A stretch of 64,000 nucleotides of DNA from Gammaproteobacteria bacterium (lineage in GTDB: Bacteria; Pseudomonadota; Gammaproteobacteria; JBCCGL01): assembly GCA_965277715.1 (NCBI GenBank), contig OZ255836.1, positions 2,272,001 through 2,336,000 on the forward strand. Reading direction: 5' to 3'. The notes below the pieces were generated by a model. The model had not been told where the DNA came from. It saw only the letters and a program-made list of their open reading frames with translations, and did not search any database. Every line of letters starts with the position of its first letter. Positions within the stretch are counted from its first letter, which is position 1. A program made the translations under genes and the position numbers. Below, piece by piece: positions 9,094-20,805 of the stretch.

Positions 9094-10134
9094 GTGAACA
9101 ACGATAAAACCCGCGCAATTGTGCGCGCTTTTTGTCTGGCAATGGTGTCGATCACTTTGCTGTTCCTGTTTAACAATGTCCTTATTTTCTGGTTCGACTG
9201 GCCCGGTATGTTCGCACTGTTCGGCCAGTTTGGGCTGCCTGGGTTTGCCGCCCCGGATGACGCCATTCAGGGCAGTGGTTTTTTATTGGCCGGGTTACAA
9301 ACCCTGAGCTATGCCCTGGCCATCGCGCTGCCAATTGTATTCGCCTTAAAAAACCCGGACCGTGCACTGCGCATTGATGCTGCCCTACTTGGCGAAGTCG
9401 CCGCGTTTATTATCCGCACCGCCTTTTGGGCCGTGGTACTGATCGGCCTGGTGGACACTATCATCTCCTTTCTGCGCGTGGAAAATTACCTTTCACTGTT
9501 TGTCGGCGAACAAACCACCAAAGACCTTGGGCGCGCCGTATTTCGTGGTAGCTGGGTGCACTATCCGCTGTTACTCCTGGCCTTAGTGATTGCCGCGTTT
9601 GTGCGCTCGCTGGGGTTTATCTGGCTGGGTCTGTTAGTGGTATTCGCCGAATTTTCCATTGTCATTACGCGCTTTGTGTTTTCCTACGAGCAGGCGTTTA
9701 TGGGTGATCTGGTGCGTTTCTGGTACGCCGCGATGTTTCTGTTTGCCAGTGCCTACGCGCTGGTTCACGAGGGCCATGTGCGCGTCGATGTGCTGTATGC
9801 ACGCTTTAGCAAACAGCGCAAAGCGGTGGTCAATTTACTCGGCTCGTTAACCCTTGGTATCCCGCTGTGCTGGATTATTCTCACCATGGGCATGTGGAGC
9901 AAAACCGCCAGCCTAAATAGCCCAATGATCAGCTTTGAGATTTCACAGAGCGGCTATGGTCTGTACGTGAAATACCTGATGGCGGGATTTATGATTGTAT
10001 TCGCCATCTCCATGATCGCGCAATTTTGCAGCTATATCCTCAGCAGCGTGGCAGACATTAACGATGAACCCGTTAACGATAAGCCAATGAACGATAGACC
10101 AGGCGATAGCGACGCCGTGGCCACCGCCCACTAA
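9094..10134 (+). CDS. dctQ: TRAP small permease, extended (about 346 aa)
   Basis: C-terminal half has HVRVDVLY. GTG at 9094 follows a GGAGG RBS; the ORF track starts at 9082. Confidence 0.85.
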   Translation: MNNDKTRAIVRAFCLAMVSITLLFLFNNVLIFWFDWPGMFALFGQFGLPGFAAPDDAIQGSGFLLAGLQTLSYALAIALPIVFALKNPDRALRIDAALLGEVAAFIIRTAFWAVVLIGLVDTIISFLRVENYLSLFVGEQTTKDLGRAVFRGSWVHYPLLLLALVIAAFVRSLGFIWLGLLVVFAEFSIVITRFVFSYEQAFMGDLVRFWYAAMFLFASAYALVHEGHVRVDVLYARFSKQRKAVVNLLGSLTLGIPLCWIILTMGMWSKTASLNSPMISFEISQSGYGLYVKYLMAGFMIVFAISMIAQFCSYILSSVADINDEPVNDKPMNDRPGDSDAVATAH

Positions 10135-10164
10135 CCGCCAGCAGAACACTAAAAGGCCCACCCG

Positions 10165-12819
10165 ATGGAATTATTCTTTCTCGCCATTCTCGTACTGTTG
10201 ATGGTCATCGCCCTCACCTCCGGCTTTCCCGTCGCCTTCGCCCTGCCCGGCTCGGCCATTTTGTCGATTGCCATCGCCGCCCTGTGTGGCCTGGTCTTTG
10301 CCGGTGACCCGGATGCCTACTTTGCCCAGGGCAGCGCCCTGCAGTGGCTCAGCGCTGGGGTGACTAACTTTCGCAGTTTGTACTGGGATGTCGAGCGCGA
10401 CACGCTGATTGCCATTCCGCTGTTTATTTTTATGGGCATCATGCTACAACGCTCAAAGATTGCCGAGGATCTGTTGGTGGCAATGGCCCAGCTATTCGGC
10501 CCGGTGCCCGGCGGTTTGGGCATCTCGGTGGTACTCGTCGGCGCCCTGTTGGCCGCCACCACCGGTATCGTCGGGGCCACAGTAATCGCGATGGGCCTGA
10601 TTTCACTGCCCGCGATGCTACGCAATAACTACTCCAAATCCCTGGCCACAGGGACAATTTGCGCCTCTGGCACACTGGGGCAAATCATCCCGCCATCAAT
10701 TGTATTGATCATCCTCGCCGACCAACTGGCCAGCGCCGCCGACCAAGCCAGCACCGCACGCAAGGCCGAATACAAGGCGGCCACTGGCGAGTTTTCCATG
10801 CCATCGGTGTTTGACATCACCTCAGCCAGCGCCGGGGATATGTTTATGGGGGCATTTATACCCGGCATGGTACTGGTGACAATCTACGCGCTGTACATTT
10901 TTATCCGCGCATTAATCCGCCCACAAGACGCCCCGCCCGTGCCCTATGATGGCCAATATGACCGCCAGTTTGTCTTTAAGATACTGCAGGTTTTAGTGCC
11001 GCCACTGGCACTGATATTCGTCGTACTCGGCTCGATTATTTTGGGCGTCGCCACAGTCAACCAGGCGGGCTCCATCGGCGCTATCGGCGCGATGATTATG
11101 GGCGGCTACCGCCTTACCGAGGGCAAACGCCACTGCTTTACACCCGCCTATATGGCCGTGGTATCCATCGTCGCGTTGATCATCATCCTGTCATTTTTTG
11201 ACATCAACGTAAAAAACATCCAAACCAGCCACGACATACTGGGCGTCATACTCGCCAGCCTGGCCGTCACCGTACTGTTTGTATCGATCGGCTGGAGCAC
11301 CTGGCGTGCCTATAAAATCGACAATACCCTCGTCGATGTCATGATCGATACCGCCAAGACCACCTCAATGGTTTTTATCATCCTGATCGGTGCGGCAATG
11401 CTAACCTCGGCGTTTCGCGGTTTTGGCGGTGAGGAACTGGTAAAACACTACCTGACTAGCCTGCCGGGTGGATTTTGGACACAGTTTATCGTCGTCATGG
11501 CCGTTATCTTCCTGCTCGGCTTCTTTCTCGACTTTATCGAAATCGCGGTAGTTGTTGTGCCGATTGTTGCGCCTATTTTACTGGCTGACCCAAGCGCCAA
11601 TATCACCGCCGTCTGGCTCGGGGTAATGATCGGCCTGAACATACAAACCTCTTTTCTCACCCCTCCCTTTGGGTTTGCACTGTTCTATCTGCGTGGGGTC
11701 GCGCCCCCGTCGGTCAAAACCACCGATATTTACAAGGGCGCCAGCGCGTTTATTATTTTGCAACTGCTCGGGCTGGCCGTGGCGGGCAACTGGCCAAGCC
11801 TGGTCAACTACCTGCCATACCGTACCTACCTGACCTCTGAAACGGCACCGCCACCCGTCAATCCCCGGTTACAACTCTGCCTCGAACAGCACGTCTTTAC
11901 CTACTACGACGAAAACCAAAGCCGCCTGCTCAAAGGCATCGACCAGTTCGCCGCTGCCGATATCAGCTACCTACCTCAAAAATTGCAGAACACACTGACA
12001 GAAAGCACTGATAAGGCGCGGGCAACCTTCGATCTTGTCACCGACATTCGCACTGCTACCGCCGCGCTGGACGACTATATCGTCGACTACCGGCCACAGC
12101 ACCAGGATGTACGCCGTCTGCGCCGGATACTGTCTGGTCAGCAGCACGCCCTTGAAGAACTAAACGAAAAACGCGAACAGCTCGACGCGGACGATACCAA
12201 AGGCCAGGCGTCTATCGACCAACAAATCGCCGACATCCAGGCACAACAGCAAGCGATTACTGCGCAAATTCCCGCTGACTGGGAAACGCAGAACAAACGC
12301 TACTCAACGCTCTACAAAGCACAGCAAAAAGCCAAAAGTGCCTACCGCCGCAATGTCGATGAAGCCTACGAAGTGATTATTGAAACCCGTGACACGCTGG
12401 CGTCGACCGATCAGCTCATCGCCTTCGAACCGCGCTTCGCCGATATTGAAACCGCCATTCAAAACCCCGATAACAAAGCGGCAATGGCTGACCTCAAAGC
12501 GATTAATAGCGAGTTGAGTGCCATTAAAGGTGCTTCAGCGATAAAGTCAAAACTATCCAAAGCGCGGCGCGCATTAAAAGGCAAGTCACCCAAACGTGAC
12601 AAGGCGATGCGCCTATTGGCAGAGGCCCAGGAACTGTTTCATGAAGATATATTGTGGCGGCAACGGGCGCAGAAAACACTCGCCACCGCACTGAATGAAT
12701 ACGACCAACTGCTTAGTAATTCGATTGGCCTGCGCCTGCAACAGCGGTTCACCACCGATCAGGCCCATGCGATTGCCAGTTGTCAGTCGGTGCACCGGGA
12801 TATTTCGTTGAATTTTTAG
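10165..12819 (+). CDS. dctM: TRAP large permease with a soluble C-terminal extension of about 320 aa
   Basis: AIPLFIFMG, SGTLGQIIPPS, QTSFLTPPFGFALFYL, then a hydrophilic helical tail. Confidence 0.92.
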   Translation: MELFFLAILVLLMVIALTSGFPVAFALPGSAILSIAIAALCGLVFAGDPDAYFAQGSALQWLSAGVTNFRSLYWDVERDTLIAIPLFIFMGIMLQRSKIAEDLLVAMAQLFGPVPGGLGISVVLVGALLAATTGIVGATVIAMGLISLPAMLRNNYSKSLATGTICASGTLGQIIPPSIVLIILADQLASAADQASTARKAEYKAATGEFSMPSVFDITSASAGDMFMGAFIPGMVLVTIYALYIFIRALIRPQDAPPVPYDGQYDRQFVFKILQVLVPPLALIFVVLGSIILGVATVNQAGSIGAIGAMIMGGYRLTEGKRHCFTPAYMAVVSIVALIIILSFFDINVKNIQTSHDILGVILASLAVTVLFVSIGWSTWRAYKIDNTLVDVMIDTAKTTSMVFIILIGAAMLTSAFRGFGGEELVKHYLTSLPGGFWTQFIVVMAVIFLLGFFLDFIEIAVVVVPIVAPILLADPSANITAVWLGVMIGLNIQTSFLTPPFGFALFYLRGVAPPSVKTTDIYKGASAFIILQLLGLAVAGNWPSLVNYLPYRTYLTSETAPPPVNPRLQLCLEQHVFTYYDENQSRLLKGIDQFAAADISYLPQKLQNTLTESTDKARATFDLVTDIRTATAALDDYIVDYRPQHQDVRRLRRILSGQQHALEELNEKREQLDADDTKGQASIDQQIADIQAQQQAITAQIPADWETQNKRYSTLYKAQQKAKSAYRRNVDEAYEVIIETRDTLASTDQLIAFEPRFADIETAIQNPDNKAAMADLKAINSELSAIKGASAIKSKLSKARRALKGKSPKRDKAMRLLAEAQELFHEDILWRQRAQKTLATALNEYDQLLSNSIGLRLQQRFTTDQAHAIASCQSVHRDISLNF

Positions 12820-12949
12820 TTGGAAAATTTAAAAGATGCGTTCAGGTTTCAAATTTAACACCGGTATTCTAGACGCCATGTATTAAATGGCTGAGCTACT
12901 GCAAATGGATAAGCGCGAGCTGCGTACCATCTTGGCAAGCATGCATCTT

Positions 12950-13125
12950 TCGACAATTGATTCGGATTTAGAAGATGTGTGGGCAACTTTTGCCTGAATC
13001 GTCTCGGGCTACCGCTACTTATTGATGACCGTGCAGGTCGCAAAATGGCTAAACAGCAGCTCATTCAGGAGGCCAGTACACGTTACATGAACGAACTCAA
13101 AGATTAAATCAGGCCCATCTTATAG
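12950..13125 (+). pseudogene. Possible DUF3368 (PIN-like) gene remnant
   Basis: One frame reads LPLLIDDRAGRKMAKQ, resembling the LLIDER.GR..A motif; surrounded by stop codons. Confidence 0.4.
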
Positions 13126-13258
13126 TGGAAACCGGAGCACGCATCTTCAGCCTCATCTCATATTGGAGAAGACTATTAATTGCATTAAACTGCCGTGCTA
13201 ACTAAATTGCCGCCCAATCACATAAACCAATTTCGCATCAACCAATCGGGAGTTATTA

Positions 13259-14569
13259 ATGCAACGTACAATTGATCAGGTCGCTGTTATCGGCGCGGGC
13301 ACGATGGGGGCGGGTATCGCGGGTATTTGCGCGATGGCCGGTAATTCGGTGGTATTACTCGATATGCACCGTGAGCTGGCTGAAAAAGCCGTGCAACGGT
13401 TACTGGGGGGCCGCAATCCAGCAATCACCGAACAGGCCGCCGGGCGCATTCGCTGTGGCGCCATCGACACAGACCTCGATCAGGTATCCGGGTGTGACTG
13501 GATTTGTGAGGCGATCATTGAGGACCTGGCAACCAAACGCGATTTGTTTACCCGCCTGGAAGCTGTGCGCAAAGCGGGATCGATTGTCACCACCAACACA
13601 TCGGGTATCCCACTGCGTGACATCTACACCGATATGCCCGGTAACCTGGTCCGAGATATCGCCGTCACCCATTTTTTTAACCCGCCACACATTATGCGCC
13701 TGCTGGAACTGGTTCCCGGACAAAATACCGACCCGGAGGTCACTCGCACACTGACAGATTACTGTGGAAAAACACTCAATAAAGGTGTGGTGAATGCCAA
13801 GGATACCGTCAACTTTATCGGCAACCGCATCGGTTGCTTCTGGATGCTGGCTGGCCTGCACAAAGCGCGGTCGGCGATTGTAAACGGGGTCAGTATGGAG
13901 GAAATCGATGCGGTAATGTCAGAACCCATGGGCTTACCTCCCACGGGTATCTACGGCTTAGTCGATTTAATTGGTTTGGATGTAATGGATTTTGTTGGCA
14001 AAAACCTCAAAGCAAACCTGCCCACAGGTGATGCCTGCCTCGACTATGCCGACTTCCCAGAGACCGAACAGGCATTACTCAAAGCGGGCCAGCTAGGGCG
14101 TAAAACCGGTGGTGGTTTTTACAAGCTCACGCGCAATGACGACGGCAGCAAAACGATGGAGGTATACGACCTGCATAACACTCAGTGGCGCCTGGCAGTA
14201 CCGTGCGAGCTGGACGAAGAACACAGCGATTACACTACGCTATTATTTGCCAATTCTGAAACAGGCAAATTTGTCTGGGAGTTGATGAGCGCGGTGTTCT
14301 GTTATGCCGCCGAACTGGTGCCGGAAATTTCTGACGATATTGTCAATATTGATCGCGCTATGCGTTGGGGATTTAACTGGGCACAAGGTCCGTTTGAAAT
14401 GCTGGACGCCATAGGCCCGCAACGATTTATCGATAAACTGAACACCGAGGGACGACCCATACCGAAGATGTTGGCGCTATTGCAATCAGCCGATGCAAAA
14501 ACGTTTTATCGTGGCACCGAGGCGTATTTTGGTACCGACGGAGAGTACCGGGCTATACCTACAGAATAA
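13259..14569 (+). CDS. 3-hydroxyacyl-CoA dehydrogenase (FadN-like, no hydratase domain)
   Basis: GAGTMGAGIA, EAIIEDL, TNTSGIP, HFFNPP, NFIGNRIG, LGRKTGGGFY, AMRWGFNW. Confidence 0.9.
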   Translation: MQRTIDQVAVIGAGTMGAGIAGICAMAGNSVVLLDMHRELAEKAVQRLLGGRNPAITEQAAGRIRCGAIDTDLDQVSGCDWICEAIIEDLATKRDLFTRLEAVRKAGSIVTTNTSGIPLRDIYTDMPGNLVRDIAVTHFFNPPHIMRLLELVPGQNTDPEVTRTLTDYCGKTLNKGVVNAKDTVNFIGNRIGCFWMLAGLHKARSAIVNGVSMEEIDAVMSEPMGLPPTGIYGLVDLIGLDVMDFVGKNLKANLPTGDACLDYADFPETEQALLKAGQLGRKTGGGFYKLTRNDDGSKTMEVYDLHNTQWRLAVPCELDEEHSDYTTLLFANSETGKFVWELMSAVFCYAAELVPEISDDIVNIDRAMRWGFNWAQGPFEMLDAIGPQRFIDKLNTEGRPIPKMLALLQSADAKTFYRGTEAYFGTDGEYRAIPTE

Positions 14570-14577
14570 CCAATCAG

Positions 14578-14608
14578 CCCATTGGGCGCACGCTATGCAC
14601 CCAATGGG
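14578..14608. terminator. Hairpin between convergent genes
   Basis: cccattgggcgca-cgcta-tgcacccaatggg. Confidence 0.65.
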
Positions 14609-14617
14609 TAACCGGAC

Positions 14618-14665
14618 AATTAGGGAACCAGGTAATTAAAGAACCGGGCAATTAGAGAACCGGGC
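14618..14665. repeat. Three 16-bp tandem repeats
   Basis: aattagggaaccaggt / aattaaagaaccgggc / aattagagaaccgggc. Confidence 0.85.
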
Positions 14666-14681
14666 ACCCTCTTACAAATAA

Positions 14682-15800
<1,119 letters not shown>

Positions 15801-15970
15801 TTATAGACATGATTAATAATGTAATGAATTGTAAATGAACGGGTAGAGTACTCCCCTTTACATTATTTTTCGATACCCCGTATAAGTAAAAAAATAATAT
15901 ACACGTTACACGTATAAATGCGCTATAAAGCGCCACCCACTACAGCGCCACTCACTACCTGGAGCTTTAC

Positions 15971-17296
15971 ATGACAACACGTGAAATCATCTACTCGATG
16001 TCCGCTCTACTCGCTTCGGTGGCATTCCTCAATCTCGGTATTGGTGCAATCAACTCCTTTGTCGCGCTGCGCATGGATGCCGAGGGGTTTGCAGATATTT
16101 ATGTGGGGGTTTCCAGCTCGGCCTACTATGTTGGCCTGGTTTCCGGCACTTTGCTGTGTGGCAGGCTGATTAACCGCATTGGCCATATCCGTGCATTTGG
16201 AGTATTTGCCGCCTGTATGGCCATCACCATCAATATGTTTCCTTTATATATTGACCCGGCTCTTTGGGTGGGCTTGCGCTTTATCTGTGGTATCAACCTG
16301 GCGGGGTTGCTGATGGTGGCAGAGAGTTGGCTGAATAAACGCGCCACCAATGATACCCGTGGATCGGTGTTCTCAATTTATATGATGGCTTCATTTATGT
16401 CGGCAGGTTCAGGGCAGTTTATGCTGATCGCTACGGATATTGGCAGCAATAACCTGTTTTCAATCTGCGCTATTATTTTCTGCCTGGCGCTCATTCCGGT
16501 GGCGATTACCCGTGCGACAAACCCGGAGCAAGTCGAGGCCAAGTCCATGACGTTCCGTGAGTTGTACACGATTTCACCCGTGGCGGTTGCCGCAGGTTTT
16601 TGCTCGGGCATTATCTCTGGTGCACTCTACGGTACGGGCACTATTTACGCTGTGGGCCAGGGGTTTGATATCACCAGCACCTCCTTGTTTATGACAGCAC
16701 TCATCCTCGGTGGTCTGGTGCTGCAATATCCCATTGGGCGTTTATCTGACAAATTTGACCGGCGTCTAGTGATTATCGGCACCAGCGCCACACTGATGAT
16801 CATCAGTGTATTTATTATCTGGCTCAGCTCAGCGCCCTGGTGGTCGTTTATGTTCTTTATCGATAACGGCACACGCTGGCCCTTTCTATTTACAACCCTG
16901 ATGATTGGGGGTGTCGCTGCCACGCTATACCCACTCAGCGTGGCCTATGCCAATGATTATATGGAACCTCACCAACTGGTGCCTGCCAGTGGTGGGTTGG
17001 TGCTCACTTACGGGCTTGGTGCCATCACCGGGCCAACACTATCGGCCACTAGTATGAGTACCTTTGGCCCCGCCGGATTGTTCGGTTTCATCGCGTGTAT
17101 AGCCGCGTTGGTGTGTGCATTTACCCTGTACCGCATCACCCAGAGAAGCTGGGCGCCTATCGTTGAAAAGGAAACTTACGTACTGATGCCAGACCCGGTA
17201 AGTATGCCAATAGCCAGCGAAGTCGACCCACGCGCATTGGAAGCTTACGCGCCTGAAGATATAGGCCCACCCCCACTGCAAGAGGGTAATGATTAA
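15971..17296 (+). CDS. MFS transporter (YcaD-like)
   Basis: RIGHIRAF, ESWLN, GRLSDKFDRR; about 12 hydrophobic segments. Confidence 0.88.
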   Translation: MTTREIIYSMSALLASVAFLNLGIGAINSFVALRMDAEGFADIYVGVSSSAYYVGLVSGTLLCGRLINRIGHIRAFGVFAACMAITINMFPLYIDPALWVGLRFICGINLAGLLMVAESWLNKRATNDTRGSVFSIYMMASFMSAGSGQFMLIATDIGSNNLFSICAIIFCLALIPVAITRATNPEQVEAKSMTFRELYTISPVAVAAGFCSGIISGALYGTGTIYAVGQGFDITSTSLFMTALILGGLVLQYPIGRLSDKFDRRLVIIGTSATLMIISVFIIWLSSAPWWSFMFFIDNGTRWPFLFTTLMIGGVAATLYPLSVAYANDYMEPHQLVPASGGLVLTYGLGAITGPTLSATSMSTFGPAGLFGFIACIAALVCAFTLYRITQRSWAPIVEKETYVLMPDPVSMPIASEVDPRALEAYAPEDIGPPPLQEGND

Positions 17297-17415
17297 AGGC
17301 GATGACTATTACTATTTATCGAGATATAGAGAGGGTATTGGAAAGCTATTATGTTTTCCGCCACCCCCTAGAGAGAGTATTAAAAGCGCAGTAGTTAAGG
17401 TACGACGTATCGTGC

Positions 17416-18306
17416 TTAATGCGGTGTAATACCACGCAAGCGCTCACTACGACGACGCAGCAATTCGAGCGTGGTCAGCAATGCTATCGAAAACAACACC
17501 AATATAGTCGCAGCCGACAAGATGGTCGGGCTGATTTCCTGACGAATACCAGACCACATTTGCAAAGGCAATGTGTGTTGTTGTGGGCCACCAACAAATA
17601 AGATGATAACGATTTCATCAAACGAGGTAATAAAGGCAAACAATGCGCCAGATATCATTCCGGGGGCAATCAATGGCATTTGAATTTTAAAAAAGTTATA
17701 CGCGGGTGTACCACCCAGGTTTGCACCAGCCCGAATAAGCGACTTATCGAAGCCAACCAAGGTAGACGTCACGGTAATAACGACAAATGGTAATCCGAGT
17801 ATGGTATGCGCAAGCACAATACCCGGCCAGGTAGCCGTCAAGTTAACCTTGGCAAAGAAAAAAGCCATGCCTGATGCGGTGATGATTAGCGGTACGATTA
17901 AAGGCGAGATCATTAACGCCATAATCAGGCGCCGGGCGGGCATATTGTCGCTACTGAGACCTAACGCAGCAAGCGTACCAAGAAACGTAGCGAGTAAGGT
18001 TGACGCTATCGCGATTAACAGGCTGCTTTGCGCACCCGTCATCCATTTATTGGTACACATGGTAGAAATATTGTCTTCGATATCACCACATAAGCCGAAC
18101 AGGCCTTTGTACCAACGCACTGAAAACCCCTCTGGATTCAGAGATAACATTTCCGGCGTAAAACTGAGGAACGGTGTCGAGGTAAACGACAGTGGTATAA
18201 CAACAACCAGCGGTGCGACCAGGAAGAACAACACAAACACACAAAAGGCAATATAGGTGTAATGCCAAAGGCGTTGACCGGGAGTTGTATAAATTGGTAA
18301 GGCCAT
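17416..18306 (-). CDS. Polyamine-type ABC permease (PotC-like)
   Basis: EAA-like loop, FITSFDE, TLPLQMWSGIR. Confidence 0.9.
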   Translation of the reverse strand: MALPIYTTPGQRLWHYTYIAFCVFVLFFLVAPLVVVIPLSFTSTPFLSFTPEMLSLNPEGFSVRWYKGLFGLCGDIEDNISTMCTNKWMTGAQSSLLIAIASTLLATFLGTLAALGLSSDNMPARRLIMALMISPLIVPLIITASGMAFFFAKVNLTATWPGIVLAHTILGLPFVVITVTSTLVGFDKSLIRAGANLGGTPAYNFFKIQMPLIAPGMISGALFAFITSFDEIVIILFVGGPQQHTLPLQMWSGIRQEISPTILSAATILVLFSIALLTTLELLRRRSERLRGITPH

Positions 18307-18310
18307 ATTC

Positions 18311-19573
18311 TTAACCCATCTTCATGTTGTCGATACCGATAATTTTGTCGTATAACCAGTATAGAAATAATATAGCCACCAGCAGAATACTACCCATAGC
18401 GGCAGCCAGGCCCCAGTTCAGCGAGCGTTGCATATGGTAGGCCACCATATTACCAATCAATCGACCATCTTTTCCGCCAACCAGCTCAGGGGTTATGTAG
18501 TAGCCAATGGCAACAATAAAGACCAGGATACAACCCGCACCGATACCCGGTATCGTTTGTGGCATATAAACCCGGATAAAAGCCATTGTGGGTGTCGCAC
18601 CGAGGTTTTGCGCCGCTTTCATATAAGTCGGCGGAATCGTCTTCATAACGCTATAAAGTGGCAGGATCATAAAGGGCAATAAAATTTGCGTCATCACGAT
18701 GACCGTGCCGTTAAAGTTGTACATCATTGACAACCGGTTATCGTCCGCCAGTATGCCCGTTGCTACCAGAGTGTCGTTCACAACACCATTTTGCTGCAAC
18801 ATAATCATCCAGGCGACAATACGCACCAGCAACGATGTCCAAAAGGGCATAAGGACACAGATCATCAATAGATTAGATATGCGCATTGGCAGGGTTGCCA
18901 ATAAATAAGCAACCGGGTAAGACAAAATTAAACAGGCGATAGTGACGATGAAACTAACCATCAACGTGCGATACCAAAGCAGGTTGTACACCTTGCGCTC
19001 TTCAGCGACGTCGATGACATTTTTATCAAAGTCAAAGGTCTTATCCACCGAATTAAGAAAGTAACCCATCGTCGTTTTGTCTTTCATAATACCGATTGAC
19101 AACCAGTATTCTTTCTCGGCCCAGCGCTTATCTATTTTAATCAGCGCGTCTTTGTATTCGGGGCCTTCGAGTTTTTTAATTTTTCTGGCGGTGCGTTTAA
19201 CCAGGCTCTTCCAGCCGGGTTTAGCGTAATTCATTCGGGTGCTGACTTTACCGACATCGATTTTATCAGCGGCTAACACATCTTTGACGAAAGCGGCATA
19301 AAGCGCCTCCGGTGGCTCTGAAGTTTTATCCCAGGCTTCAAATGCGGCAATAGTGCCCGGTAATACCCGATTGATCAGCGAATCATCGACACTGCGCGTA
19401 AGCATATTGCCGATTGGAAAAACAAACAGTAAAAGTAGAAAAAGCAGAGGGCCACTGACGAGAAGCATCGCCCGCATTTTGTTACGACGTAACGATTTTT
19501 GCAGGCTTGCTTTTAACGGAATACCATCTGCGGTGAGAATAGGCCCGCCGGGCGTAGCGATTTGTGTCGACAT
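18311..19573 (-). CDS. Polyamine-type ABC permease (PotB-like)
   Basis: PFWTSLLVR, PFMILPLY, GYYITPELVGG. Confidence 0.9.
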   Translation of the reverse strand: MSTQIATPGGPILTADGIPLKASLQKSLRRNKMRAMLLVSGPLLFLLLLFVFPIGNMLTRSVDDSLINRVLPGTIAAFEAWDKTSEPPEALYAAFVKDVLAADKIDVGKVSTRMNYAKPGWKSLVKRTARKIKKLEGPEYKDALIKIDKRWAEKEYWLSIGIMKDKTTMGYFLNSVDKTFDFDKNVIDVAEERKVYNLLWYRTLMVSFIVTIACLILSYPVAYLLATLPMRISNLLMICVLMPFWTSLLVRIVAWMIMLQQNGVVNDTLVATGILADDNRLSMMYNFNGTVIVMTQILLPFMILPLYSVMKTIPPTYMKAAQNLGATPTMAFIRVYMPQTIPGIGAGCILVFIVAIGYYITPELVGGKDGRLIGNMVAYHMQRSLNWGLAAAMGSILLVAILFLYWLYDKIIGIDNMKMG

Positions 19574-19602
19574 GGCTTCTCTATTGATTATTGGTCATTA
19601 AT

Positions 19603-19645
19603 AAAAAAACTGGCGGCGGGTTCATGACACAAACCCGCCACCCGG
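19603..19645 (-). terminator. Stem-loop after the Pot-type binding-protein gene
   Basis: Minus strand ggcgggtt-loop-aacccgcc followed by a T tract. Confidence 0.65.
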
Positions 19646-19659
19646 TCTTTCAAACTAAC

Positions 19660-20742
19660 TTACTGCGCCATCCAGGCAGTGTAACGTTCGCCGATTGAAT
19701 CACCGTAGTCAGCCCACCATTCAGGGCTTGCAACGACAGAGCGCGCCATAACCTCAGGGCGGTTAGGCATATGTTCCATAATGTTTTTGCCATTGTGGAA
19801 CCATGGCTCACCACTTTGCATGATGTCGAACGCAGAAGTGCGCATCGGGCCGTAGTTGATGAACTTAGCCTGACCGGCCTGTTGCTCAGGTGCTGATGCA
19901 TGAATCAGGAATTTCTTGGCTTCTTCAGCGTTTGGTGCACCTTTAACCAGTACCAGCCACTCTTCCTCCAGTACCTGGCCGTCCCAAACGGTGACAAATT
20001 TTTCACCTTCAGACAACACAGCGGCACCAATACGGCCATTGTAGGCCAGTGACATAGCTACTTCACCGGACTTAACCAGTTCGAGGGGTTTCGCACCTGA
20101 AGACCAGAATACGGCGTGGTCTTTGATTTTATCGAGCATGCCGAACGCACGATCAATACCGGCATCGGTGCTCATCACATCGTAAACGTCTTTAACGGCA
20201 ACGCCGTCAGCCAGTAGCGCCATTTCAATCAAGGCGTTAGGCCACGTATGAATACCGCGTTTGCCAGGGAATTTTTCAACGTCAAAGAAATCCGCGATTG
20301 TAGTAGGCTGCTCACCGCTGAATGTGCCCTCTTCATAGAAAGGTACATAAGACCAGAAGATTTGCGGGACAACACAGTCGTTAGGTACTTCGACCATGAT
20401 GTCATCGTCCATTGAAGTGCCATCGGCGGCGGGTTTGAACATGCTGCGATCAAGTTCTTCAAACAGACCTTCATCGCAACCAACACGGGCCTCGTGTGGC
20501 AGCACATCAACAATATCCCAGGTAACAGTGCCAGACTCTACCTGTGTTTTGATTTCACCAAGGCCACCGTTGTAGTTGATAAAATTGACTTTACCTTCTT
20601 TCCAGGTATCAGCGTACGCTTTTTGCTGTGAAGCGGTGTAAGCACCACCCCACGATGTCACATTGACATCGGCTTGTGCTGCTGTCGCCGTAGCAGCCGC
20701 TACAACTGAAGCCAGCAGGGTTTTTTTCATCGTCATTTTCAT
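19660..20742 (-). CDS. Polyamine-type ABC substrate-binding protein (PotD/PotF-like)
   Basis: Signal peptide, SWGGAY, WDIVD, KFPGKRG, YNGR. Confidence 0.9.
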   Translation of the reverse strand: MKMTMKKTLLASVVAAATATAAQADVNVTSWGGAYTASQQKAYADTWKEGKVNFINYNGGLGEIKTQVESGTVTWDIVDVLPHEARVGCDEGLFEELDRSMFKPAADGTSMDDDIMVEVPNDCVVPQIFWSYVPFYEEGTFSGEQPTTIADFFDVEKFPGKRGIHTWPNALIEMALLADGVAVKDVYDVMSTDAGIDRAFGMLDKIKDHAVFWSSGAKPLELVKSGEVAMSLAYNGRIGAAVLSEGEKFVTVWDGQVLEEEWLVLVKGAPNAEEAKKFLIHASAPEQQAGQAKFINYGPMRTSAFDIMQSGEPWFHNGKNIMEHMPNRPEVMARSVVASPEWWADYGDSIGERYTAWMAQ

Positions 20743-20805
20743 AGGGTCTTTTTCCTCTTCGGTTTAACCACTCAAGTACAAAAAACTGTCGGGTTGACGC
20801 CCAGG

